64,000 nucleotides of DNA from Octopus sinensis (lineage: Eukaryota): assembly GCF_006345805.1 (NCBI RefSeq), contig NW_021832430.1, positions 310,001 to 374,000 on the forward strand. Direction: 5' to 3'. Each line of letters starts with the position of its first letter. The first letter of the stretch is position 1. A model generated the notes under the pieces. It was not told the DNA's origin. It was given only the letters and a program-made list of their open reading frames with translations, and did not search any database. Shown here one piece after another: positions 47,901-59,149 of the stretch. The position numbers were made by a program, and so were the translations under genes.

Positions 47901-48085
47901 AACTAGTTATTTATTTGGAACATGGCATTCCAACACGCTGCGAGGAATATCACGACCTGGAATGGATAGCGCAGAAACTCAGATGGACATTCAATCAAAA
48001 TATATAACCAAATTGACTACATTCTATGCCGACAATCACAGAAAGCTTTACTCTGTGACGCCAGAACATATGGAGGAATACTTTG
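44960..48085 (+). mobile_element. RTE-like AP-endonuclease fragment split by the CRE at 45527-47906
   Basis: Left piece CLQETK...NVYAAT...DWNAKIG...NFVINKQLF; right piece IWNMAFQH..RNITTW...NQIDYILCR...DARTYGG resumes at 47907. Confidence 0.8.
45527..47906 (-). mobile_element. 5'-truncated, frameshifted CRE-like retrotransposon with in-frame loss of the RLE core
   Basis: SSGGIDGLRP, KDGGIRPI, LDVTNAFN, GVQQGDLLGP, WYLDD, CCHC, then LEPTGL joined directly to VLRGNC. T-run at 45523-45531; TTATTT(T)ATTT on both flanks. Confidence 0.92.
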
Positions 48086-48500
48086 CACCTTGACAATGCC
48101 TCTTAGTGCCAAGTTGACACTCAGAGATTAGACTGTATATTTCCGCATACTCAGCAATTTTCTCATTTACACACTTTGTGACGAGTTTATAAAGGCACGG
48201 CATACAGATAATTGATCTGAAATCACTGGCTTCAGTGGAATTATCCTTTTTCGGAATAAGATAAGTTATTCCGGTATAAAACCAACTCTGGGGTTGACTG
48301 GTTCCAATAATGATATTTCTGATCTCCTCAAATAGAAATTTATGTAGAGAGTCCAAATTTTTGATGAAGAAGTTGTAAACTCAATCGCAGCCAAAAGCTT
48401 TCCAGTTGGGAAAAATTCGACGATCTTTAAAATGAAGGTGTCATTAACATCAGGTTCGAGATATTCGGCACCAGTGACTCTTCTATTCACACCCAATTGA
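48085..48500 (-). mobile_element. R4-like RT N-terminal fragment
   Basis: WFYTGITYLIPKK...FRSIICMPCLYKLVTKC...Q.GTKRHCQGAK. Confidence 0.8.
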
Positions 48501-48536
48501 TACTCACTTATATCTCTTTTTTTCCATACATTAGTC

Positions 48537-48580
48537 CAGGGTCTCCCAAAGTGGGCGATAAAAAATTTTAAGGGCGCGAT
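48537..48580 (+). repeat. Orphan hAT-type left end
   Basis: CAGGGTCTCCCAAAGTGGGCG preceded by CATTAGTC (nnnTAnnn). Confidence 0.5.
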
Positions 48581-48648
48581 GAAAATTATTTATAAATATT
48601 TTTTCTCCTCTTAATACAGTTATTTCTTCAGAATAAAACTGATATTAG

Positions 48649-50026
48649 TAATTTTCAAAATGTCAATTTGAATCTGTTATTTAGTATTTAATTAATAGCA
48701 GAGGATAAGATGGAATGGCAATTCCCACGCAAGATGGCTATTGATATGCGTTGGAAAAGCCATGTCCGTTCCCGATGATCATTTCTTCTTCTGCTTGCCA
48801 AATCCCCCAGTTTAATAAGGAATTTTTTAGTTCTGGGGCCGAGGACTCCCGATGTCTCCACTGCGATCGGGGCAAAGATATGGCGGTGAGATAATGCACT
48901 GTATTTCTTGATTTTTAGCGTTTCGGCCAGGTTGGCTGCGGAGCCCGGCTCTGAAGCTGACGTCAAGATGTTCTCGACGGAGAAGGTATCCGTGCAAGTA
49001 GCGTCCCAGATGAGAGACTTGCCATTCTCAAATGGGAAGGTCGTTAGACCATCAGGACGTTTACCATCCTCCCGAGCCAGCCCGACCGGTTCCAGCTGTG
49101 AAGGGAATCCGGCAGTTTCCAGAGTCCGCTTGACTATGTCGTTCAGAGCAGTATGTCGAGGGAAGCGTCCGGAACTTCTTTGGCACGATAACGGGTGCAA
49201 TCCAAAGGGGTCCACGGTCGATCCACAGCGACACCGGTGTTCCCGGCAGACGTTCAGTCCTAGGCGCAGTGATATGCCGATCCTCAGGCAATCATCGTCC
49301 AATAAGGTTCCAATAGAACCCATTGGGATAGCGGTCAACCAAGCCCCCGAATATGGTTGTGAGGCAGCCAATAAGCAAGCCAAGCGATGTTGGTTAAGCT
49401 TAGACTTGAGGTTGTTCAACTTCTGGTCGCAGAGGATCCTGTCCCATTCGACCTGTGCGTGCGGATTCTGAGGGAGCTCAAGAGACAACCCAAGCCAGCG
49501 GCTTTTTGCGACGACTAACTCTGTGTCCAAAGAAGATTCGGAAAAGGGTTGGAGAATCTCTTGGACAAGGGTGCTCGTGGCATGTGTGGAGGAAAGGAAT
49601 GCTGGCAAAGAAAGGTCAGTGGCTGAGCGCGCACCGATGCCGCCATGTCTGATAGGGAGTATTGCCTGTTCCCAGCCAAGATCGTCGAATGGTGCATTAC
49701 ATATTGATTCGAGGCAAGTCCTAAGAGCATGGTCGAATCTGGAAAGACTCTCGGGATTGGCAAAGCATGGTGCGCTTCTGAGGGTAAACAGTAGTTTAGG
49801 AATGGCGAAACAGTTCCTCAATAAGAACAGGGCCGAATGGGAATTGATGCTACCAAGATTACAGGACATTGACGCAAGGTTTGATGTTTTTCTGATAAGG
49901 TAGAAACAACACCGGAGTGAAAAATCGGGGAACCCAGAATCTTGAGATTTCCGGGCGAAGTGACATGGATGTTAGGAAGTAATGACTCGACAGAACAATG
50001 GGCAACAGAGAAACGGTGAACATCAT
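48649..50026 (-). mobile_element. 5'-truncated CRE-like retrotransposon (open ORF 48688-49869), probable 12-bp TSD
   Basis: Thumb, CCHC, RPDG, ETSG, RISIAILRGN motifs. AACTGATATTAG (48637-48648) versus AACTGATGTTAG (50027-50038). Confidence 0.9.
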
Positions 50027-50559
50027 AACTGATGTTAGAATTATTATTTGTTTATTAAGTTTTTGAAATCCGGAATAAGTAAAGTCGAAGAAGTTCGTAA
50101 AAGCTGACTCAAGTGATTATCCGTGAGTTTGTTACGATATTTTTTATTCAAATCATTTTACTAAATATTGATTCGCATAAATATGTAGATCCAAACATTG
50201 ATATATTCATATATGCATTGTGTGTTATATTTTTGAATTTGTCTTGAGGAATTAATTCGTAAAAATTAATAATGGACGCATTTTTGAACAATGCCGCCAG
50301 TTCTATATCTGTTGTAAATTAATGAGTTCTAGTTGAAACTTTGCAGGCGCATCCTTAATTTCCACGCTGAATGGAGTTGCAAATATTTTCATTAAAGGAA
50401 GGAATTCTTTAAAATTCTAAAAATTAAATTTATATAAATGTACCCCAAAACGTGCTTCAAATTGATTAATGAAATCACCAATTATGGATATGTTTAACCT
50501 TAAGAATGAATAATTAAATTTAAACATTATTAAAAAATTAAAAAAGTTAGTTACTCTAG

Positions 50560-50603
50560 AGGGGCCGCAAAAAAATCCTGGGGGCCGCATTTGAGAACCG
50601 CTG
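50560..50603 (+). repeat. Orphan hAT/Buster right end
   Basis: GGGGCCGC...TTGAGAACCGCTG followed by CCCTACAG (nnnTAnnn); same terminal motif as the 13.8-15.3 kb elements. Confidence 0.6.
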
Positions 50604-50639
50604 CCCTACAGACTAATCTTAAGGATTTAATTTCAGTCA

Positions 50640-51975
50640 ATATTTTAATCATTTCTTTTATTAAAAAAAACCAAGAGAAAAATGGTCATTGGCAGATAGC
50701 CAGAGTATTGCCTCTGACTATGGCTATAGATATTCGTTCGGTTAAATACCGGTGCTTAGACGGGTCGCCGGTAACCCTTTCGATTAGTGAGCCAATCCGC
50801 TGGAGTAGGGTCCGAGTAGAAGGCCCCTGTATTCCTGACGTCTCAACAGCCAGGGGGACAAACACTCTGCCATTCCCAATTCCAGCGTATTTCTCACCTC
50901 TCCTCTTCTCAGCCCGTTCAGACGGGGTCGGTCCACACGCCGCAGCGGAATTGGTGTTTTGCATAAACGGGTAGACCGAGTCGTAGACAGACTCCAATTC
51001 TTACGGATTCATCATTAAGAAGGCAGCCAGTTGTATTACAAGGGTAACAATTTAGCCAAGCGCCGCTTACGGGCTGGCTACCCGCTTGTAAACAAGCCAA
51101 CCTTATCTGGTCCATGGTTTCCTTTAGCCTTGAAAACGTATTGGCGTGGACTTTCGACGTCCACTCCGATTGGCAGGTCACATCAGACGGCAATGGCAGT
51201 CCCAGCTTTTCCCATACGGCGACGCAATCATCCACAGCAAATGAATTCCTCTGTTCATTTATTTGAGAAAGAACAGTGTCGATCATATTTCTGGAAGAGA
51301 GTACTGAGGAAAAATATGCCCGTGCGCTGAGTCTGACGGGGTGATCAAGCCGATCCCTCCAAGGGAAACTGGGAGAGTCGCCTGTCTCCACGACTGCGTA
51401 TCGAAGCTGACGTTCAGGATGTCCTCAGTGCAAGCTCTCATGTGCTTGGAATAGTCTTCGACTAGTACTGGGCAGTCCTCAAAACGTATGTTAACTTTGG
51501 AATAGATAGACAGTTCCTCAATAAGAAGAGCCCAATGTGGCTATCCACACAACGTAATTTTTCAGAGAGAAAGGAAAATTCCGAAATTTTAGCCTTCATA
51601 ACACTTTGATACCACTTTCAAAAATAGGAGATCCAAGAAAAATCAAGTCTTCTTTGAGGGGAAGGTGCATCCAGGTAGCAGTTTGTCGAATTCGGTCATC
51701 CACTTCCGAAAGGAAAGTTCGTCCGTGTTGACATTCACAATTTTACATTTGCCGCAGTTAAATTCAAACCTCAGCGCTCCGAAATTAAACACAAAAGACT
51801 TCAGCGTTTCCAAGATGCCTTCGGGGGTTCCTCCAATTACTCCATCATCCAAATACCACATGTTAAGGTCAGTTTTACACGATCTCGTTGTTTGGTGGAT
51901 TGCGAGGGAGAATAAGAGAGGACCTAGAGGGTCACCTTGTTGAACTCCATTGGTAGAATCAAGTATGGTATCATT
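50640..51975 (-). mobile_element. Degenerate CRE-like retrotransposon with deletion of the CCHC-RPDG region
   Basis: GVQQGDPLGPLLF, WYLDD, QATLPVSLGGIG, RCGVWTDP joined to PSERAEK, VPLAVETSG, RISIAIVRGN. Confidence 0.88.
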
Positions 51976-52036
51976 TGTTATTTAAATTATTTAATTATGT
52001 TTCAATATTTAAATTAAAAAAGTAGCTTAGATAATA

Positions 52037-53040
52037 ATGCAAAAATTAGTTCACAGTGAAAAGAATGATTTACATTTTAGACTGGAAACACTCTGCTCGT
52101 TGATAGACGAATGCAATATATTTGAGATAAAATTCCTTTACGAGTACATATCTGAAATTATGTCGCATGAATATAAAATTATAAACTATTTGTCATCTTT
52201 GGCAACTTCCGAATACAATAAACTCGAACCTAAAAATAATGACAAGAAATACATTTGTTCAAAACTAATTGTTTCTCTCCCATTTCTCTCACATGCAGAA
52301 TTCAATAAAAATATAGAAAAACTTTTTGAATTGACTCGTATGGTTTTAAGCACTGAAAAAAAAGACATGGATACTAATTTGAAATTGTTGTATATAATTT
52401 GGACAAGACACCCAGCTATTCCTTTTTCTTTGAAATTACCGATTATCAATTTATTCCAATCTAGTGAAAATTCAAGACAAACAAGTGAATATATTTACTG
52501 TTTGTTAAAAAAATTAAATTTTAAGTAGAAAATAACAATTCGATCATCAGAAAAAATCTCTGTGACGCCGATAAAAATTCGAACGTGAAATATTCCAGCT
52601 AAAAGTACATAATAATTAAATAAGTAAAATAGGTAAATTGGAAAAATACGAGTATCGTTATTTTCAGGACATTCAAAGAAATATGCGAATTTAAAGCTAA
52701 ACTTGCACTTGAACACATTGAGCTATTTCATTTTCTTGAAGAATCACACTCAAATGTAAAATCAGTTCAATGTCTAATTTCAAAAATAAACAAACATTGG
52801 GAAATGGTGACTAAAACGGATATTTTTTGTAAATTTGTGATGCAGAATGATCATGATTTTTTACTATTAGAAAGTTTTCGTAGTTCTTGCAAGGAAGCAT
52901 TATTATCACGTGAAAACATGGAAAGACTGCAATTTCAACCTTCAAACATTTGTGCAAATTGCGGGCAATATGGACATTATTTTTTTCAATGTGAGCTTCC
53001 TTATCATCACAAGGGATTCAAAAATATTAATAATTTATAA
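52037..53040 (+). CDS. Miniature ZCCHC14/ZCCHC2-like protein (N-terminal domain, PX-like segment, CCHC knuckle)
   Basis: FEIKFL, SKLIVSLPFL, RHPAIPF, VNWKNTSIVIFRTFKEICEF, CANCGQYGHYFFQC. Splicing in 52500-52630 not resolved. Confidence 0.65.
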
Positions 53041-53372
53041 TCAAAAATTAACTATCTTGTTGTCTCGTGCAAATTTTAGCTTCAGTTAGTTGCAATGTAT
53101 GACTTTTAAATCCTAATCACTTCAATGTTGTTTAAAAAATAGTTGACCACCTTGCAACAAGGCATGCAAGGATGCTAAACTGCAAACTATCTTTAGAGAA
53201 AAAACCAAGTAATTGTTTTGAAAGTTAAATCAAATTAAAAATAGTAAAAACTCATTCTATCTAATCAGTTAAATATTTTTGGACACGAAAATAAAAACAT
53301 GTCCATAGTAAAAAAAAACAAAAATTACTCTTTGGAAAGTTCTCTATAAAATAACATAATTTAATTTATTAA

Positions 53373-53566
53373 AATGGAAAAGTTAAAAAAACAAGTTAAG
53401 TTAGGAATGTACAGAGGAGAAATTCCGGGGGGCTAAAGCACGCACCCTCCTGCGGAAAGTACCGCATGCGTGTTGCCACGGAGAATGGCGATGGATATCC
53501 GCTTCAATAGCCACGAAACCTCGCGTGGCTCTTTCGTCCTGATGGATATCCGCTGCAATAGCCACG
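53373..53566 (-). mobile_element. 194-bp CRE-like 3' end with 15-bp TSD
   Basis: KEPREVSWLLKRISIAILRGNTHAVL. AATTTAATT(T/C)ATTAA at 53358-53372 and 53567-53581; empty site at 30550-30564. Confidence 0.9.
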
Positions 53567-55430
53567 AATTTAATTCATTAAGTGAGAATCTTTGTGACAG
53601 GGATCACCAAATTTAATTTCAAGTTCTCAAATCGGAGAAATCTCAAAGAAACGCATATACATCTACCTTTGTGCAAAATTAAAATGAGTTCGATTTCAAA
53701 ATTAAAAACACAAATAGACCTGTCAAGTTCAAGAATTTGGTTAAATGCCTTATAACTGGGCAGTTGATCATGCGATGCAAAGTGCTTTAAAATGCTATAA
53801 AATAAATTAACTTATTAAGTAAGCAGATGATGAAAAATTTACCAATCTACGTTTTTAAAAAATTAAAATCTTTGTTCCGAATATTCGCATATATTCTGAT
53901 TTTACGCAAATATTTACATGCTGTCTTTGACTTTGTTAATAATTATGCACTTAATCTATTGTATTAAATAATATTTTATTTAGCAGCCAACGTCGGTTCT
54001 GACATTAATGTATTTATTTGGCAGTTTTATAAATATAGAATGCCTTCGATGATATACAAAAATTCTTCGATAATTCCTTTAAAAGAGGTTATGTTTGCAA
54101 TAAATATTTAAGGAAATCAAAATTCCAACATTTGTTTTTTAATTCCGGCATTGACAGTAATACTGGTGGTGGCATATTTGTAACATCATTTACTTAATAT
54201 TGTCTCATTTCGGTTTCTAACTTTCGTTTATTTAATTTATGTCAGTTTTTCTTAGCGTTTTTAAGCTTTAAATAAAGTTACTCTTATCCGTTCTGTCTTT
54301 TAGTTAATAATTGAATAAATGATGTATTTTTTTGTTGGAAACTTTTTTCGATGTCCATTTTCAAAAGTGAACATAAATAATAATAAAGATAAAAAAAGAA
54401 AATTTATAATATAAAACAATTTGGGAAGCGACATTACTGTTGTGCTTAAAACCAATAATTTTTCGATCGGAGCTATGAAGATTTACAACACGTAATGCAA
54501 CATAAAATCGATCAAAAAGGCACAAATTTCTCGCCGACAATCAGAAGAGTTTACTGAATTTCAAAATCAAAAAGATGTGCAAAACTTTTTAAATAAATTA
54601 GAAGAAACCAAACTTTTTAGGGAAGGCCATTCTCTAAAAAATAAGAAATTCGGGCCAGTAACGATAATTCTAAAGGATGACCCAAATTGGATGAAAATTG
54701 AAGGACTTGAAGACTTCCCGAAAGGAAAAATGAAAGGAAAATGACTTTCAAAAGCCTTTAGAAAAGGAGAGTGAGACTGCCTATCATTAAAATTGTAACT
54801 TCTGATCACGGAGAAGCTTAATCGTTTGTATTTTTAGTTCTAAAGATCGGCTTTTCGAATGTAAAGGCGCAAAGGTACAAAAAATCGGAAGTCTAGTGCT
54901 ATCAATGCAAGGGTTTGGGACATAGCACGCTTTTGTAAAAATCAGGAGAAATGTCTATTTTGTTCGACACATATGCTGGAACAGACTGCAAGGACTAACA
55001 TGAAAAAATGTGTCAACTGCAGTTTTCGACACACTTGGCAAATTATCGGGCTGTATGAAAGCCAAAGAAGATTCAAAGGTTAAAAATAAGAAAATATTGG
55101 CGTGAAAACTGTTAAAAGAAGCTTCGGAGAATGCCAAGATCAACCAAAAAGATATAAAAAAATTCAGCCTTGAAGCCATAAGCAGGATGGAACGTTCCAA
55201 GATTTAGAAAAACAGCTGAAGTTGGAATACAAACAGAAGAAACGGCTATACAGACTTTGTCGACTTCAGAAGCCGGGTTAATGACGAGTCAACCTCGAAC
55301 TGATTTAATCAGTAAGCTCGAATGGTCTATTAAAGATGTTACAATAACTAAAAAAGATGTCACGTTTTACTTGGTTTGGTGGCTCTCCTAAAAAAGGGAA
55401 GCAGCAATTAAATAAATCAAATGTAACAAT

Positions 55431-58400
55431 AAAGCTAAATTGCACGTTGTTGCTGTTGTGGTGCACTTTTTTCTTTTTCTTTTCATTGTTATTTGCTATC
55501 CAATAATCCATTGTTGCTTCCCTTTCTCTTTTTTGTTTTTCTTTTCCTCTTTCTCTTTCTTTCTATCTCACCAATAATCCATTTATTGCTAATTCTAATT
55601 TTCCATATCTATGTCTGTCTGTTCTGTTTGCAATATCCGTAATAATCGGAAAAAGACCATCCGTTGTGACCGTTGTTATGCCTTTTTCCATTTATCCTGC
55701 ATCAAGCTTTCTAAGAAATCTGCCTCTTCCCTTTCCCGATGGGTTTGCTCTGCTTGCTCTTCTTTCCCCCGTCATATTTCGCTCCTGCCATCTGTACCGG
55801 GTCCTCTGATTTTACTAATCCTATCCCTTCGCCGGACCCCTTCCTGCTTAATCCAGAGTCTGTCTTAAGACTCGCTCGTGATTACCGGGCGTCCTATCGT
55901 ATTCCTATAAGAATTCCTCGTTCTGCCCGTTTTTCCGCGGCGAAGGCTCTGTCTGCTTTGATCGAGTCAGTCATTTGTGTTCAGTCCATTCCGAATTGGA
56001 ACCGTTTGTTTTGCTTCGCCATATTTGCCCTGGGCTCCCCAGTTCAAGGCTTGGGCTCGGTAAAATCCCTTTCCTCTTCCATCAAGGAAAATATTAATAA
56101 GTTCATGGAGGATTCCTTCATTCTGCCTCCTCTTCTGGGCAAGTCCCATGAACCAACTACTCTTAAAGATAATCGTATTCGTTTACGCAAACGTGTCAAT
56201 TCCTGCCTTATGGCGCATGATGTCGGCTCTGCGGTCCGTATTCTTTCGTCTTCCGATTCCGTCCGTTCGATAACCCCGGATGTCCTCAAAATTCTCAGCG
56301 CCAAGCACCCGGCTGGCGATGTCCCTGCCTTTTGTGCCCGGACCCCTGAGGAGGTCTCGATCGCCTCTTCATCTGTCCAACAACTTTTGTTCGCTTTGAA
56401 ATCTTTCAGGGGGAACAGTAGTGGTGGTGTTGACGGTCTCCGTCCCATTCACTTAATGGACCTCATCTCCAATACTGCTGAGGCTGGAAACCGTCTTTCT
56501 CAATCCATTGCCAAGCTTTGTAACCTATTTCTCCGTGGGGACATATCCGAGCATGCCAGACTGCTCTTCTTCTCTGCGAACCTGTCTGCTTTGGGGAAGA
56601 AAGACGGCGGCATCAGACCTATTGCCGTCGGGAACGTTTTTTGTCGCTTGTTTGCAAAGGTCGGATGCAAGCTTGTAATTCCTTCTATTAGCGACGAACT
56701 CCAGCCTATTCAGTTGGGTGTGGGGGTACCTGGTGGGTGCGAGGCCTCGGTCCACGCTGCCCGGTGTTTCATTGAATCGGCTCGTCTCTCAGAGCGGCCC
56801 CAGTTATTATTAAAATTGGATGTGAAGAACGCTTTCAATTCGCTCAATAGAAAGCATCTTCTTGAGGTTTGCAAGGCCAGAATTCCTTCTCTGCTGCCCT
56901 TCATTTTTCTTTCTTATGGTAACCCGAGCCTCTTGGTTGCTGGCGATTCTTTCATTTCGTCTTCCTGTGGCGTACAGCAAGGCGATCCTTTGGGTCCTTT
57001 ATTATTTGCCCTCTCGGTGGACTTTGTCGCCCGCAGGATTGCGTCCCCTCTTAATATTTGGTATTTGGACGACTGTACTATTGGTGGTCCGCCCGACATT
57101 TTGCTAAACGACTTGCAATCTCTACTCCCGGCGTTGTCATCTATTGGTCTTGAAATCAATTCTCTAAAATCTGAAATCGTTAATCTTAACGTCGAAGACC
57201 TCACCTTCGAAGACCTTTTTGCCCAGTTTCGTGGCCTCTTGCCCGATCTGAGGCAGACCTCTCATTCTGAACTTGAAATCCTGGGTGCCCCGATCCACCA
57301 CCAATCGGTCTCTCGTATTCTCGATTCCAAGAGAAATGCTCTTGCTTCTCTTTGTGATAAACTTGTGGACATCGATCCCCATCCCGCTTTTTTTATCCTC
57401 AAAAACTTTCTTTTGATTCGAGGATCAATTATGTCCTAAGGAGTTCCTGTTGCTTCTCTGTTCCCTCTGCTTTGGAGTCTTTTGACGCTCTGGTGCGTTC
57501 TTCAGCCGAGATTATTTTTAACGTCAAGTTCGATGATGTCGGTTGGCGTCAGGCCAAACTTCCTGTTCCTTTTGGTGGGCTTGGGCTCCGCTCGGCTCTC
57601 GACATTTCTCTTCCCGCTTTCCTTTCATCGTCTTCAGGATTGTATCTTCTTGTCCATAAGATTCTTGAAAAATCGCCGGATCTCGTTTGGACTCTGATAT
57701 TAATTCTGCACTTTTGCTTTGGAAGGAAAAAGGGCTTGAGTTCCCTTCTGATAGGTCCCTCCAACGTGAATGGGATAAAATTCTTAGTAAGCATCATGCG
57801 GACTCGTTGGAGGCTCTCCTGAACCAGCACAGACTGGCTTGTTACCGTGCCAGCCGCCAACCGCATTCTGGCTCTTGGCTTAACTGCCTTCCTTCGACCC
57901 ATTTGGACACCTGTCTTGACTCCGACGCCCTCCGTTTTGGCATTTGCCTCCGCCTCGGACTTCCGATCTGTAGTCCCCACCCCTGCCGGTGCGGATCTAC
58001 TATGGACGTATACGGGCTCCATGCCCTCTCCTGCAAGAAAAGCGCGGGTCGTATTCCACGCCATTCGGCGATTAACAGAATCATTCTCGACTCACTCGAA
58101 AAGGCCGGCTACCCTTCTGTCCTTGAGCCTAAGGGTCTCGACCGTGGTGTCGGGAAAAGGCCGGACGGCTCTACGTTGTTCTCGTTTTATTCTGGGAGAC
58201 CTTTGGTCTGGGATTCCACTTGTGTGGATACCTTCTCAAAGTCTTTCATCAACGAATCGGCCTCTCTTGCTGGGTCTCGTGCTAATAAGGCTGAGCTTTC
58301 GAAGTGCCGGAAATATCAGTCTTTGACGGATGACTTTTGGTTTTGGCCAATCGTTGTCGAGACTTCCGGCGTCTTTGGCTCCGGGACCCTCACTTCCCTA

Positions 58401-58582
58401 AAGAAATTGGGACATCTTTGTTCTTCGCGGTCCAAGGACCCTAGGGAATTTACTTTCCTCATTCAGAGGATCCTGCTGGCTGTCATGCGTGGCAACAGCT
58501 GTTCCCTCCGTCTCGCTGGGAGAATTTATTAGTTTGTTGACTTTCCTTTTTTATTATTCACATTAAATAAGTAAAAAAAAAA
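55431..58582 (+). mobile_element. Apparently full-length CRE-like retrotransposon with PHD finger, A13 tail and 12-bp TSD
   Basis: AAATGTAACAAT at 55419-55430 and 58583-58594; A-run 58573-58585; pyrimidine-rich 5' UTR; empty-site paralog at about 32420. Confidence 0.93.
55611..58532 (+). pseudogene. PHD-RT-CCHC-RLE polyprotein broken by three frameshifts (about 55770, 57420, 57680)
   Basis: C4HC3 PHD (CSVC...CDRC...FHLSC...WVCSAC), RT motifs (KDGGIRPI, LDVKNAFN, QQGDPLGP, WYLDD), CRCG..H.LSC..RH, RPDG, WDSTC, VETSG. Confidence 0.9.
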
Positions 58583-59149
58583 AAATGTAACAATTATTAC
58601 CCTGGTTAATTCCTGCTCTCTTCGAAAGCGGGAAGCTAAGCTGATAGATCTTATCAGCACAGTTCAGATAAATGTATTTATCATTAACAAAACAAAAATG
58701 AAAGTCTGGAACTATCATTATTCATAGATACAGCTCAATGGTATCCTTTGGCATCATGGTGTCTAAGCTGGGATAGAAACATTAATATTTTACAAAAAAT
58801 CTATTGATATTCGGAATCCTGATTAGCTAACTGTAACACACACTTTTAATAAATAGTTAATTTTTCTACGTAAATTCTTCTAAACTCGCCGTCAATTGGT
58901 GGTCAAGTGTGTTAATATTTGTTCTAATTCTCTTATAAGTGGTTAGGTGTTTTTAAAAATTTGTAATTGCACTTTATTCAAGGTCGTTTTTTATTTAACC
59001 GAAAATCACAAACGGTTGATTAAATAAATTAATTAGGCCATCCAGACAACCCGAAGGAAGGTCGTCAGCTTTCCTATGTGATATTTAACAATTTTTTAAT
59101 TATTAATTTATTATCTTACATCTTAAGTACACGTTACAAGGTTCAATTG

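Larger units (their letters stand above)
54578..58707 (+). mobile_element. Jockey/I-like LINE fragment (ORF1 zinc knuckles and ORF2 start), split by the PHD-CRE
   Basis: CYQCKGLGH...CLFC...CVNC at about 54895-55030; 55250-55430 and 58595-58707 match 32250-32550. Confidence 0.75.
53322..58990. repeat. Second copy of the 1.35-kb repeat, expanded by three insertions
   Basis: Collinear with 30505-31853 apart from insertions at 53373-53566 and 54578-58707 (the latter contains 55431-58582). Confidence 0.85.

Noticed and set aside
49911-49930. CCGGAGTGAAAAATCGG resembling the Ginger TIR palindrome
   Set aside because: It lies in CRE coding sequence (SPIFHSG on the - strand) with no second arm; likely chance.
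48537-50603. One hAT element enclosing the 48.6-kb CRE
   Set aside because: The two ends are not reverse complements and the flanks (CATTAGTC, CCCTACAG) do not match.
55755-55800. Programmed -1 frameshift between PHD and RT (T TTC CCC)
   Set aside because: Atypical slippery heptamer, and two further single-base frameshifts downstream indicate decay or sequencing error; cannot be supported without a consensus.
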